DNA from: Lingula anatina
Lineage: Eukaryota; Animalia; Brachiopoda
Length of the DNA stretch: 64,000 nt
Direction: 5' to 3'
NCBI GenBank assembly: GCA_051362555.1
Contig: CM120640.1
Span: forward strand, 32,135,967 to 32,199,966
A program made the position numbers and the translations under genes. The notes beneath the pieces were generated by a model. It ran no database searches and had not been told where the DNA came from. It worked only from the letters and a program-made list of their open reading frames with translations. Positions within the stretch are counted from its first letter, which is position 1; each line of letters opens with the position of its first letter. Positions 1 through 15,000 of this stretch are shown here, piece by piece.

Positions 1-3000
1 CGATGAGCGACTCTACCCAGACACAGACTTCACACATCGATAGAAGTTAAGGTTAGTAAACTTTTTATTTGGGGAAGGGGGGGGGAGGATGGGGGAGAGG
101 TAAATTAAAAAGATCTAACCTCATTCCTATTTCTTTTACAGGACATAGAAGATGATGAATGCATAGAAGACGATGAGCGACTCTACCCAGACACAGACTT
201 CACACATCGATAGAAGTTAAGGTTAGTAAACTTTTTATTTGGGGTAGGGGGGGGGGGAGGATATGGGAGAGGTAAATTAAAAAGATCTAACCTCATTCCT
301 ATTTCTTTTACAGGACATAGAAGATGATGAATGCATAGAAGACGATGAGCGACTCTACCCAGACACAGACTTCACACATCGATAAAAGTTAAGGTTAGTA
401 AACATATTATTTGGGGGAGGGGGGGAGATGTGGGGAGAGGTAAATTAAAAAGATCTAACCTCATTCCTATTTCTTTTACAGGACATAGAAGATGATGAAT
501 GCATAGAAGACGATGAGCGACTCTACCCTGACATAGACTTCACACATCGATAGAAGTTAAGGTTAGTAAACATATTATTTGGGGGAGGGGGGGAGATGTG
601 CGGAGAGGTAAATTAAAAAAATCTAACCTCATTCCTATTTCTTTTACAGGACATAGAAGATGATGAATGCATAGAAGACGATGAGCGACTCTACCCTGAC
701 ATAGACTTCACACATCGATAGAAGTTAAGGTTAGTAAACATATTATTTGGGGGAGGGGGGGAGATGTGGGGAGAGGTAAATTAAAAAGTTCTAACCTCAT
801 TCCTATTTCTTTTACAGGACATAGAAGATGATGAATGCATAGAAGACGATGAGCGACTCTACCCTGACATAGACTTCACACATCGATAGAAGTTAAGGTT
901 AGTAAACTTTTTACTTGGGGGAGGTGGGGGGAGGATGGCGGGAGAGGTAAATTAAAAAGATCTAACCTCATTCCTATTTCTTTTACAGGACATAGAAGAT
1001 GATGAATGCCTACCAGCCTACCAGCCTACCATCATGCATTGACTACTCTTTGGATCAAGAATTTAAGGTTAGTAAATTTCATTTTTTGGAGGGGATAGGT
1101 AAATTGAATTAAAATCTAATCTAGTTTTATTTCCTTTACAGAACACAGAAGACGATGAAAGACTCTACCCAGACATAGACTTCACACATCGATAGAAGTT
1201 AAGGTTAGTAAACTTTTTATTTGGGGGAGGGGGGGGGGATGTGGGGTCAGGTAAATTAAAAAGTTATAACCTCATTCCTATTTCTTTTACAGGACACAGA
1301 AAATGATGAATGCATAGAAGACGATGAGCGACTCTACCCAGACACAGACTTCACACATCGATAGAAGTTAAGGTTAGTAAACTTTTTATTTTTGGAAGGG
1401 GGGGGGGAGGATGGGGGAGAGGTAAATTAAAAAGATCTAACCTCATTCCTATTTCTTTTACAGGACATAGAAGATGATGAATGCATAGAAGACGATGAGC
1501 GACTCTACCCTGACATAGACTTCACACATCGATAGAAGTTAAGGTTAGAAAACTTTTTATTTGGGGTAGGGGGGGGGAGGATATGGGAGAGGTAAATTAA
1601 AAAGATCTAACCTCATTCCTATTTCTTTTACAGGACATAGAAGATGATGAATGCATAGAAGACGATGAGCGACTCTACCCTGACATAGACTTCACACATC
1701 GATAGAAGTTAAGGTTAGTAAACTTTTTATTTGGGGGAGGGTGGGGGAGGATGGCGGGAGAGGTAAATTAAAAAGACCTAGCCTCATTCCTATTTCTTTT
1801 ACAGGACATAGAAGATGATGAATGCCTACCAGCCTACCAGCCTACCATCAAGCATTGACTACTCTTTGGATCAAGAATTTAAGGTTAGTAAATTTCATTT
1901 TTGGAGGGGATAGGTAAATTGAATTAAAAACTAATCTAGTTTTATTTCCTTTACATAACACAGAAGACGATGAAAGACTCTACCCAGACATAGACTTCAC
2001 ACATCGATAGAAGTTAAGGTTAGTAAACTTTTTATTTGGGGGAGGGGGGGGGGAGGGGGGAGAAGTAAATTAAAAAGATCTAACCTCATTCCTATTACTT
2101 TTACAGGACATAGAAGATGATGAATGCATAGAAGACGATAAGCGACTCTACCCAGACACAGACTTCACACATCGATAGAAGTTAATGTTAGTAAACTTTT
2201 TATTTGGGGGAGGGGGGGGGGAGGATGGGGGAGATGTAAATTAAAAAGTTCTAACCTCATTCCTATTTCTTTTACAGGACATAGAAGATGATGAATGCAT
2301 AGAAGACGATGAGCGACTCTACCCAGACACAGACTTCACACATCGATAGAAGTTAAGGTTAGTAAACTTTTTATTTGGGGGAGGGGGGGGGGAGATATGG
2401 GAGAGGTAAATTAAAAAGATCTAACCTCATTCCTATTTCTTTTACAGGACATAGAAGATGATGAATGCATAGAAGACGATGAGCGACTCTACCCTGACAT
2501 AGACTTCACACATCGATAGAAGTTAAGGTTAGTAAACTTTTTATTTGGGGGAGGGGGGGGGGGGAGGATGGCGGGAGAGGTAAATTAAAAAGATCTAACC
2601 TCATTCCTATTTCTTTACAGGACATAGAAGATGATGAATGCCTACCAGCCTACCAGCTTACCATCAAGCATTGACTACTCTTTGGATCAAGAATTTAAGG
2701 TTAGTAAATTTCATTTTTTGGAGGGGATGGTAAATTGAATTAAAATCTAATCTACTTTTATTTCCTTTACAGAACACAGAAGACGATGAAAGACTCTACC
2801 CAGACATAGACTTCACACATCGATAGAAGTTAAGGTTAGTAAACTTTTTATTTGGGGGAGGGGGGGGGGAAGAGGGGGGAGAAGTAAATTAAAAAGATCT
2901 AACCTCATTCCTATTACTTTTACAGGACATAGAAGATGATGAATGCATAGAAGACGATAAGCGACTCTACCCAGACACAGACTTCACACATCGATAGAAG

Positions 3001-6000
3001 TTAAGGTTAGTAAACTTTTTATTTGGGGGAGGGGGGGGAGGATGGGGGAGATGTAAATTAAAAAGTTCTAACCTCATTCCTATTTCTTTTACAGGACATA
3101 GAAGATGATGAATGCATAGAAGACGATGAGCGACTCTACCCAGACACAGACTTCACACATCGATAAAAGTTAAGGTTAGTAAACATATTATTTGGGGGAG
3201 GGGGGGAGATGTGGGGAGAGGTAAATTAAAAAGATCTAACCTCATTCCTATTTCTTTTACAGGACATAGAAGATGATGAATGCATAGAAGACGATGAGCG
3301 ACTCTACCCAGACACAGACTTCACACATCGATAGAAGTTAAGGTCAGTAAACTTTTTATTTGCGGGAGGGGGGGGGGAGGATATGGGAGAGGTAAATTAA
3401 AAAGATCTAACCTCATTCCTGTTTCTTTTACAGGACATAGAAGATGATGTATGCATAGAAGACGATGAGCGACTCTACCCAGACACAGACTTCACACATC
3501 AATAGAAGTTAAGGTTAGTAAACTTTTTATTTAGGGGAGGGGGGGGGAAGATTGCGGCAGGGTAAATTAAAAAGATCTAACCTCATTCCTATTTCTTTTA
3601 CAGGACATAGAAGATGATGAATGCCTACCAGCCTACCAGCCTACCATCAAGCATTGACTACTCTTTGGATCAAGAATTTAAGGTTAGTAAATTTCATTTT
3701 TTGGAGGGGATAGTTCAATTGAATTAAAATCTAATCTAGTTTTATTTCCTTTACAGAACACAGAAGACGATGAAAGACTCTACCCAGACATAGACTTCAC
3801 ACATCGATAGAAGTTAAGGTTAGTAAACTTTTTATTTGGGGGAAGGGGGGGGAGGAGGGGGGAGAAGTAAATTAAAAAGATCTAACCTGATTCCTGTTTA
3901 TTTTACAGGACATAGAAGATGATGTATGCATAGAAGACGATGAGCGACTCTACCCAGACACAGACTTCACACATCGATAGAAGTTAAGGTTAGTAAACTT
4001 TTTATTTGGGGAAGGGGGGGGAGGATGGGGGAGAGGTAAATTAAAAAGTTCTAACCTCATTCCTATTTCTTTTACAGGACATAGAAGATGATGAATGCAT
4101 AGAAGACGATGAGCGACTCTACCCAGACACAGACTTCACACATCGATAGAAGTTAAGGTTAGTAAACTTTTTATTTGCCGGAGGGGGGGGAGGATGGGGG
4201 AGAGGTAAATTAAAAAGATCTAACCTCATTCCTGTTTCTTTTACAGGACATAGAAGATGATGTATGCATAGAAGACGATGAGCGACTCTACCCAGACACA
4301 GACTTCACACATCGATAGAAGATAAGGTTAGTAAACTTTTTATTTTGGGGAGGGGGGGGAGGATGGGGGAGAGGTAAATTAAAAAGTTCTAACCTAATTC
4401 CTATTTCTTTTACAGGACATAGAAGATGATGAATGCATAGAAGACGATGAGCGACTCTACCCAGACAGACTTCACACATCGATAGAAGTTAAGGTTAGTA
4501 AACTTTTTATTTGGGGGAGGGGGGGGGGGAGGATATGGGAGAGGTAAATTAAAAAGATCTAACCTCATTCCTATTTCTTTTACAGGACATAGAAGTTGAT
4601 GAATGCATAGAAGACGAAGAGCGACTCTACCCTGACATAGACTTCACACATCGATAGAAGTTAAGGTTAGTAACCTTTTTATTTGGGGGAGGGGGGGGGG
4701 AGGATGGCGGGAGAGGTAAATTAAAAAGATCTAACCTCATTCCTATTTCTTTTACAGGACATAGAAGATGATGAATGCCTACCAGCCTACCATCAAGCAT
4801 TGACTACTCTTTGGATCAAGAATTTAAGGTTAGTAAATTTCATTTTTTGGAGGGGATAGGTAAATTGAATTAAAATCTAATCTAGTTTTATTTCTTTTAC
4901 AGAACAAAGAAGACGATGAAGGACTCTACCCTGACATAGAATTCACACATCAATAGAAGTTAAGGTTAGTAAACTTTTTATTTGGGGGAGCTGGGGGGAG
5001 GATGGCGGGAGAGGTAAATTAAAAAGATCTAACCTCATTCCTATTTCTTTTACAGGTCATAGAAGATGATGAATGCCTACCGGCCTACCAGCCTACCATC
5101 AAGCATTGACTACTCTTTGGATCAAGAATTTAAGGTTAGTAAATTTCATTTTTTGGAGGGGATAGGTAAATTGAACTAAAATCTAATCTAGTTTTATTTC
5201 TTTTACAGAACAAAGAAGACGATGAAAGACTCTACCCAGACATAGACTTCACACATCGATAGAAGTTAAGGTTAGTAAACGTTTTATTTGGGGGAGGGGG
5301 GGGGGAGGATGGGGGAGAGGTAAATTAAAAAGATCTAACCTCATTCCTGTTTCTTTTACAGGACATAGAAGATGATGTATGCATAGAAGACGATGAGCGA
5401 CTCTACCCAGACACAGACTTCACACATCAATAGAAGTTAAGGTTAGTAAACTTTTTATTTGGGGGAAGGGTGGGGGGAGGATTGCGGCAGGGTAAATTAA
5501 AAAGATCTAACCTCATTCCTATTTCTTTTACAGGACATAGAAGATGATGAATGCCTACCAGCCTACCAGCCTACCATCAAGCATTGACTACTCTTTGGAT
5601 CAAGAATTTAAGGTTAGTAAATTTCATTTTTTGGAGGGGATAGGTAAATTGAATTAAAATCTAATCTAGTTTTATTTCCTTTACAGAACACAGAAGACGA
5701 TGAAAGACTCTACCCAGACATAGACTTCACACATCGATAGAAGTTAAGGTTAGTAAATTTTTTATTTGGGGGAGGGGGGGGGAGGAGGGGGGAGAAGTAA
5801 ATTAAAAAGATCTAACCTGATTCCTGTTTATTTTAATGGACATAGAAGATGATGAATGCATAGAAGACGATGAGCGACTCTACCCTGACATAGACTTCAC
5901 ACATCGATAGAAGTTAAGGTTAGTAAACATATTATTTGGTGGAGGGGGGGAGATGTGCGGAGAAGTAAATTAAAAAGTTCTAACCTCATTCCTATTTCTT

Positions 6001-9000
6001 TTACAGGACATAGAAGATGATGCATGCATAGAAGACGATGAGCGACTCTACCCAGACACAGACTTCACACATCGATAGAAGTTAAGGTTAGTAAACATAT
6101 TATTTGGGGGAGGGGGGGAGATGTGCGGAGAGGTAAATTAAAAAGTTCTAACCTCATTCCTATTTCTTTTACAGGACATAGAAGATGATGAATGCATAGA
6201 AGACGATGAGCGACTCTACCCTGACATAGACTTCTCACATCGATAGAAGTTAAGGTTAGTAAACTTTTTATTTGGGGGAGGTGGGGGGAGGATGGCGGGA
6301 GAGGTAAATTAAAAAGATCTAACCTCATTCCTATTTCTTTTACAGGACATAGAAGATGATGAATGCCTACCAGCCTACCAGCCTACCATCATGCATTGAC
6401 TACTCTTTGGATCAAGAATTTAAGGTTAGTAAATTTCATTTTTTGGGGGGGATAGGTAAATTGAATTGAAATCTAATCTAGTTTTATTTCCTTTACAGAA
6501 CACAGAAGACGATGAAAGACTCTACCCAGACATAGACTTCACACATCGATAGAAGTTAAGGTTAGTAAACTTTTTGGGGGAGGGGAAGGGGGGGGGGATG
6601 TGGGGTCAGGTAAATTAAAAAGTTATAACCTCATTCCTATTTCTTTTACAGGACATAGAAAATGATGAATGCATAGAAGACGATGAGCGACTCTACCCAG
6701 ACACAGACTTCACACATCGATAGAAGTTAAGGTTAGTAAACTTTTTATTTGGGGAAGGGGGGGGGAGGATGGGGGAGAGGTAAATTAAAAAGATCTAACC
6801 TCATTCCTATTTCTTTTACAGGACATAGAAGATGATGAATGCATAGAAGACGATGAGCGACTCTACCCAGACACAGACTTCACACATCGATAGAAGTTAA
6901 GGTTAGTAAACTTTTTATTTGGGGTAGGGGGGGGGGAGGATATGGGAGAGGTAAATTAAAAAGATCTAACCTCATTCCTATTTCTTTTACAGGACATAGA
7001 AGATGATGAATGCATAGAAGACGATGAGCGACTCTACCCTGACATAGACTTCACACATCGATAGAAGTTAAGGTTAGTAAACTTTTTATTTGGGGGAGGG
7101 GAGGGGAGGATGGCGGGAGAGGTAAATTAAAAAGATCTAGCCTCATTCCTATTTCTTTTACAGGACATAGAAGATGATGAATGCCTACCAGCCTACCAGC
7201 CTACCATCAAGCATTGACTACTCTTTGGATCAAGAAGTTAAGGTTAGTAAATTTCATTTTTTGGAGGGGATAGGTAAATTGAATTAAAAACTAATCTAGT
7301 TTTATTTCCTTTACAGAACACAGAAGACGATGAAAGACTCTACCCAGACATAGACTTCACACATCGATAGAAGTTAAGGTTAGTAAACTTTTTATTTAGG
7401 GGAGGGGGGGGGAGGATGGGGGAGAAGTAAATTTAAAATATCTAACCTCATTCCTATTACTTTTACAGGACATAGAAGATGATGAATGCATAGAAGACGA
7501 TGAGCGACTCTACCCAGACACAGACTTCACACATCGATAGAAGTTAAGGTTAGTAAACTTTTTATTTGGGGGAGGGGGGGGGAGATATGGGAGAGGTAAA
7601 TTAAAAAGATCTAACCTCATTCCTATTTCTTTTACAGGACATAGAAGATGATGAATGCATAGAAGACGATGAGCGACTCTACCCTGACATAGACTTCACA
7701 CATCGATAGAAGTTAAGGTTAGTAAACTTTTTATTTGGGGGAGGGGGGGGGAGGATGGCGGGAGAGGTAAATTAAAAAGATCTAACCTCATTCCTATTTC
7801 TTTACAGGACATAGAAGATGATGAATGCCTACCAGCCTACCAGCTTACCATCAAGCATTGACTACTCTTTGGATCAAGAATTTAAGGTTAGTAAATTTCA
7901 TTTTTTGGAGGGGATGGTAAATTGAATTAAAATCTAATCTACTTTTATTTCCTTTACAGAACACAGAAGACGATGAAAGACTCTACCCAGACATAGACTT
8001 CGCACATCGATAGAAGTTAAGGTTAGTAAACTTTTTATTTGGGGGAGGGGGGGGGAAGAGGGGGGAGAAGTAAATTAAAAAGATCTAACCTCATTCCTAT
8101 TACTTTTACAGGACATAGAAGATGATGAATGCATAGAAGACGATAAGCGACTCTACCCAGACACAGACTTCACACATCGATAGAAGTTAAGGTTAGTAAA
8201 CTTTTTATTTGGGGGAGGGGGGGGAGGATGGGGGAGATGTAAATTAAAAAGTTCTAACCTCATTCCTATTTCTTTTACAGGACATAGAAGATGATGAATG
8301 CATAGAAGACGATGAGCGACTCTACCCAGACACAGACTTCACACATCGATAAAAGTTAAGGTTAGTAAACATATTATTTGGGGGAGGGGGGGAGATGTGG
8401 GGAGAGGTAAATTAAAAAGATCTAACCTCATTCCTATTTCTTTTACAGGACATAGAAGATGATGAATGCATAGAAGACGATGAGCGACTCTACCCTGACA
8501 TAGACTTCACACATCGATAGAAGTTAAGGTTAGTAAACATATTATTTGGGGGAGGGGGGGAGATGTGCGGAGAGGTAAATTAAAAAAATCTAACCTCATT
8601 CCTATTTCTTTTACAGGACATAGAAGATGATGAATGCATAGAAGACGATGAGCGACTCTACCCTGACATAGACTTCACACATCGATAGAAGTTAAGGTTA
8701 GTAAACATATTATTTGGGGGAGGGGGGGAGATGTGGGGAGAGGTAAATTAAAAAGTTCTAACCTCATTCCTATTTCTTTTACAGGACATAGAAGATGATG
8801 AATGCATAGAAGACGATGAGCGACTCTACCCTGACATAGACTTCACACATCGATAGAAGTTAAGGTTAGTAAACTTTTTATTTGGGGGAGGTGGGGGGAG
8901 GATGGCGGGAGAGGTAAATTAAAAAGATCTAACCTCATTCCTATTTCTTTTACAGGACATAGAAGATGATGAATGCCTACCAGCCTACCAGCCTACCATC

Positions 9001-12000
9001 ATGCATTGACTACTCTTTGGATCAAGAATTTAAGGTTAGTAAATTTCATTTTTTGGAGGGGATAGGTAAATTGAATTAAAATCTAATCTAGTTTTATTTC
9101 CTTTACAGAACACAGAAGACGATGAAAGACTCTACCCAGACATAGACTTCACACATCGATAGAAGTTAAGGTTAGTAAACTTTTTATTTGGGGGAGGGGG
9201 GGGGGATGTGGGGTCAGGTAAATTAAAAAGTTATAACCTCATTCCTATTTCTTTTACAGGACACAGAAAATGATGAATGCATAGAAGACGATGAGCGACT
9301 CTACCCAGACACAGACTTCACACATCGATAGAAGTTAAGGTTAGTAAACTTTTTATTTTTGGAAGGGGGGGGGGGAGGATGGGGGAGAGGTAAATTAAAA
9401 AGATCTAACCTCATTCCTATTTCTTTTACAGGACATAGAAGATGATGAATGCATAGAAGACGATGAGCGACTCTACCCTGACATAGACTTCACACATCGA
9501 TAGAAGTTAAGGTTAGAAAACTTTTTATTTGGGGTAGGGGGGGGGAGGATATGGGAGAGGTAAATTAAAAAGATCTAACCTCATTCCTATTTCTTTTACA
9601 GGACATAGAAGATGATGAATGCATAGAAGACGATGAGCGACTCTACCCTGACATAGACTTCACACATCGATAGAAGTTAAGGTTAGTAAACTTTTTATTT
9701 GGGGGAGGGTGGGGGAGGATGGCGGGAGAGGTAAATTAAAAAGACCTAGCCTCATTCCTATTTCTTTTACAGGACATAGAAGATGATGAATGCCTACCAG
9801 CCTACCAGCCTACCATCAAGCATTGACTACTCTTTGGATCAAGAATTTAAGGTTAGTAAATTTCATTTTTGGAGGGGATAGGTAAATTGAATTAAAAACT
9901 AATCTAGTTTTATTTCCTTTACATAACACAGAAGACGATGAAAGACTCTACCCAGACATAGACTTCACACATCGATAGAAGTTAAGGTTAGTAAACTTTT
10001 TATTTGGGGGAGGGGGGGGGGAGGGGGGAGAAGTAAATTAAAAAGATCTAACCTCATTCCTATTACTTTTACAGGACATAGAAGATGATGAATGCATAGA
10101 AGACGATAAGCGACTCTACCCAGACACAGACTTCACACATCGATAGAAGTTAATGTTAGTAAACTTTTTATTTGGGGGAGGGGGGGGGGAGGATGGGGGA
10201 GATGTAAATTAAAAAGTTCTAACCTCATTCCTATTTCTTTTACAGGACATAGAAGATGATGAATGCATAGAAGACGATGAGCGACTCTACCCAGACACAG
10301 ACTTCACACATCGATAAAAGTTAAGGTTAGTAAACATATTATTTGGGGGAGGGGGGGAGATGTGGGGAGAGGTAAATTAAAAAGATCTAACCTCATTCCT
10401 ATTTCTTTTACAGGACATAGAAGATGATGAATGCATAGAAGACGATGAGCGACTCTACCCTGACATAGACTTCACACATCGATAGAAGTTAAGGTTAGTA
10501 AACATATTATTTGGGGGAGGGGGGGAGATGTGCGGAGAAGTAAATTAAAAAGTTCTAACCTCATTCCTATTTCTTTTACAGGACATAGAAGATGATGCAT
10601 GCATAGAAGACGATGAGCGACTCTACCCAGACACAGACTTCACACATCGATAGAAGTTAAGGTTAGTAAACATATTATTTGGGGGAGGGGGGGGAGATGT
10701 GCGGAGAGGTAAATTAAAAAGTTCTAACCTTATTCCTATTTCTTTTACAGGACATAGAAGATGATGAATGCATAGAAGACGATGAGCGACTCTACCCTGA
10801 CATAGACTTCACACATCGATAGAAGTTAAGGTTAGTAAACTTTTTATTTGAGTGAAGGAGGGGGGAGGATGGCGGGAGAGGTAAATTAAAAAGATCTAAC
10901 CTCATTCCTATTTCTTTTACAGGACATAGAAGATGATGAATGCCTACCAGCCTACCAGCCTACCATCAAGCATTGACTACTCTTTGGATCAAGAATTTAA
11001 GGTTAGTAAATTTCATTTTTTGGAGGGGATAGGTAAATTGAATTAAAATCTAATCTAGTTTTATTTCCTTTACAGAACACAGAAGACGATGAAAGACTCT
11101 ACCCAGACATAGACTTCACACATCGATAGAAGTTAAGGTTAGTAAACTTTTTATTTGGGGGAGGGGGGGGGAGGAGGGGGGAGAAGTAAATTAAGAAGTT
11201 ATAACCTCATTCCTATTTCTTTTACAGGACATAGAAAATGATGAATGCATAGAAGACGATGAGCGACTCTACCCAGACACAGACTTCACACATCGATAGA
11301 AGTTAAGGTTAGTAAACTTTTTATTTGGGGGAGGGGGGGAGGATGGGGGAGAGGTAAATTAAAAAGATCTAACCTCATTCCTATTTCTTTTACAGGACAT
11401 AGAAGATGATGCATGCATAGAAGACGATGAGCGACTCTACCCAGACACAGACTTCACACATCGATAGAAGTTAAGGTTAGTAAACTTTTTATTTGGGGGA
11501 GGGGGGGGGGGAGGATGGGGGAGAGGTAAATTAAAAAGTTCTAACCTCATTCCTATTTCTTTTACAGGACACAGAAGATGATGAATGCATAGAAGACGAT
11601 GAGCGACTCTACCCAGACACAGACTTCACACATCGATAAAAGTTAAGGTTAGTAAACATATTATTTGGGGGAGGGAGGGGGGAGGATGGCGGGAGAGGTA
11701 AATTAAAAAGATCTAACCTCATTCCTATTTCTTTTACAGGACATAGAAGATGATGAATGCATAGAAGACGATGAGAGACTCTACCCTGACATAGACTTCA
11801 CACATCGATAGAAGTTAAGGTTAGTAAACATATTATTTGGGGGAGGGGGGGAGATGTGCGGAGAAGTAAATTAAAAAGTTCTAACCTCATTCCTATTTCT
11901 TTTACAGGACATAGAAGATGATGCATGCATAGAAGACGATGAGCGACTCTACCCAGACACAGACTTCACACATCGATAGAAGTTAAGGTTAGTAAACTTA

Positions 12001-15000
12001 TTATTTGGGGGAGGGGGGGGAGATGTGCGGAGAGGTAAATTAAAAAGTTCTAACCTCATTCCTATTTCTTTTACAGGACATAGAAGATGATGAATGCATA
12101 GAAGACGATGAGCGACTCTACCCTGACATAGACTTCACACATCGATAGAAGTTAAGGTTAGTAAACTTTTTATTTGGGGGAGGGGGGGGGGAGGATGGCG
12201 GGAGAGGTAAATTAAAAAGATCTAACCTCATTCCTATTTCTTTTACAGGACATAGAAGATGATGAATGCCTACCAGCCTACCAGCCTACCATCAAGCATT
12301 GACTACTCTTTGGATCAAGAATTTAAGGTTAGTAAATTTCATTTTTTGGAGGGGATAGGTAAATTGAATTAAAATCTAATCTAGTTTTATTTCCTTTACA
12401 GAACACAGAAGACGATGAAAGACTCTACCCAGACATAGACTTCACACATCGATAGAAGTTAAGGTTAGTAAACTTTTTATTTGGGGGAGGGGGGGGAGGA
12501 GGGGGGAGAAGTAAATTAAAAAGTTATAACCTCATTCCTATTTCTTTTACAGGACATAGAAAATGATGAATGCATAGAAGACGATGAGCGACTCTACCCA
12601 GACACAGACTTCACACATCGATAGAAGTTAAGGTTAGTAAACTTTTTATTTGGGGGAGGGGGGGGAGGATGGGGGAGAGGTAAATTAAAAAGATCTAACC
12701 TCATTCCTATTTCTTTTACAGGACATAGAAGATGATGCATGTATAGAAGACGATGAGCGACTCTACCCAGACACAGACTTCACACATCGATAGAAGTTAA
12801 GGTTAGTAAACTTTTTATTTGGGGGAGGGGGGGGAGGATGGGGGAGATTTAAATTAAAAAGTTCTAACCTCATTCCTATTTCTTTTACAGGACATAGAAG
12901 ATGATGAATGCATAGAAGACGATGAGCGACTCTACCCAGACACAGACTTCACACATCGATAGAAGTTAAGGTTAGTAAACTTTTTATTTGGGGGAGGGGG
13001 GGGAGGATATGGGAGAGGTAAATTAAAAAGATCTAACCTCATTCCTGTTTCTTTTACAGGACATAGAAGATGATGTATGCATAGAAGACGATGAGTGACT
13101 CTACCCAGACACAGACTTCACACATCGATAGAAGTTAAGGTTAGTAAACTTTTTATTTGGGGGAGGGGGGGGGGGAGGATGGGGGAGAGGTAAATTTAAA
13201 AATTATAACCTCATTCCTATTTCTTTTACAGGACATAGAAGATGATGAATGCATAGAAGACGATGAGCGACTCTACCCAGACACAGACTTCACACATCGA
13301 TAGAAGTTAAGGTTAGTAAACTTTTTATTTGGGGGAGGGGGGGGAGAATATGGGAGAGGTAAATTAAAAAGATCTAACCTCATTCCTATTTCTTTTACAG
13401 GACATAGAAGATGATGAATGCATAGAAGACGATGAGCGACTCTACCCTGACATAGACTTCACACATCGATAGAAGATAAGGTTAGTAAACTTTTTATTTG
13501 GGGGAGGGGGGGAGGGAGGATGGCGGGAGAGGTAAATTAAAAAGATCTAACCTCATTCCTATTTCTTTTACAGGACATAGAAGATGATGAATGCCTACCA
13601 GCCTACCAGCCTACCATCAAGCATTGACTACTCTTTGGATCAAGAATTTAAGGTTAGTAAATTTCATTTTTTGGAGGGGATAGGTAAATTGAATTAAAAT
13701 CTAATCTAGTTTTATTTCCATTACAGAACACAGAAGACGATGAAAGACTCTACCCAGACATAGACTTCACACATCGATAGAAGTTAAGGTTAGTAAACTT
13801 TTTATTTGGGGGAGGGGGGGGGAGGATGGGGGAGAAGTTAATTAAAAAAGATCTAACCTCATTCCTATTACTTTTACAGGACATAGAAGATGATGAATGC
13901 ATAGAAGACGATGAGCGACTCTACCCAGACACAGACTTCACACATCGATAGAAGTTAAGGTTAGTAAACTTATTATTTGGGGGAGGGGGGGGAGATGTGC
14001 GGAGAGGTAAATTAAAAAGTTCTAACCTCATTCCTATTTCTTTTACAGGACATAGAAGATGATGAATGCATAGAAGACGATGAGCGACTCTACCCTGACA
14101 TAGACTTCACACATCGATAGAAGTTAAGGTTAGTAAACTTTTTATTTGGGGGAGGGGGGGGGGAGGATGGCGGGAGAGGTAAATTAAAAAGATCTAACCT
14201 CATTCCTATTTCTTTTACAGGACATAGAAGATGATGAATGCCTACCAGCCTACCAGCCTACCATCAAGCATTGACTACTCTTTGGATCAAGAATTTAAGG
14301 TTAGTAAATTTCATTTTTTGGAGGGGATAGGTAAATTGAATTAAAATCTAATCTAGTTTTATTTCCTTTACAGAACACAGAAGACGATGAAAGACTCTAC
14401 CCAGACATAGACTTCACACATCGATAGAAGTTAAGGTTAGTAAACTTTTTATTTGGGGGAGGGGGGGGAGGAGGGGGGAGAAGTAAATTAAAAAGTTATA
14501 ACCTCATTCCTATTTCTTTTACAGGACATAGAAAATGATGAATGCATAGAAGACGATGAGCGACTCTACCCAGACACAGACTTCACACATCGATAGAAGT
14601 TAAGGTTAGTAAACTTTTTATTTGGGGGAGGGGGGGGAGGATGGGGGAGAGGTAAATTAAAAAGATCTAACCTCATTCCTATTTCTTTTACAGGACATAG
14701 AAGATGATGCATGTATAGAAGACGATGAGCGACTCTACCCAGACACAGACTTCACACATCGATAGAAGTTAAGGTTAGTAAACTTTTTATTTGGGGGAGG
14801 GGGGGGAGGATGGGGGAGATTTAAATTAAAAAGTTCTAACCTCATTCCTATTTCTTTTACAGGACATAGAAGATGATGAATGCATAGAAGACGATGAGCG
14901 ACTCTACCCAGACACAGACTTCACACATCGATAGAAGTTAAGGTTAGTAAACTTTTTATTTGGGGGAGGGGGGGGAGGATATGGGAGAGGTAAATTAAAA

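Noticed and set aside
142-221. Box C/D snoRNA cluster (ATGATGA present; CTGA in some copies)
   Set aside because: The motifs lie in the exon-like part, are only ~35 nt apart, and most copies have CAGA rather than CTGA.
989-1141. Spliced-leader RNA genes (donor followed by Sm-like ATTTTTTGG in the B intron)
   Set aside because: The Sm-like motif is absent from the majority intron, each unit has its own cis acceptor, and there is no room for a promoter per unit.
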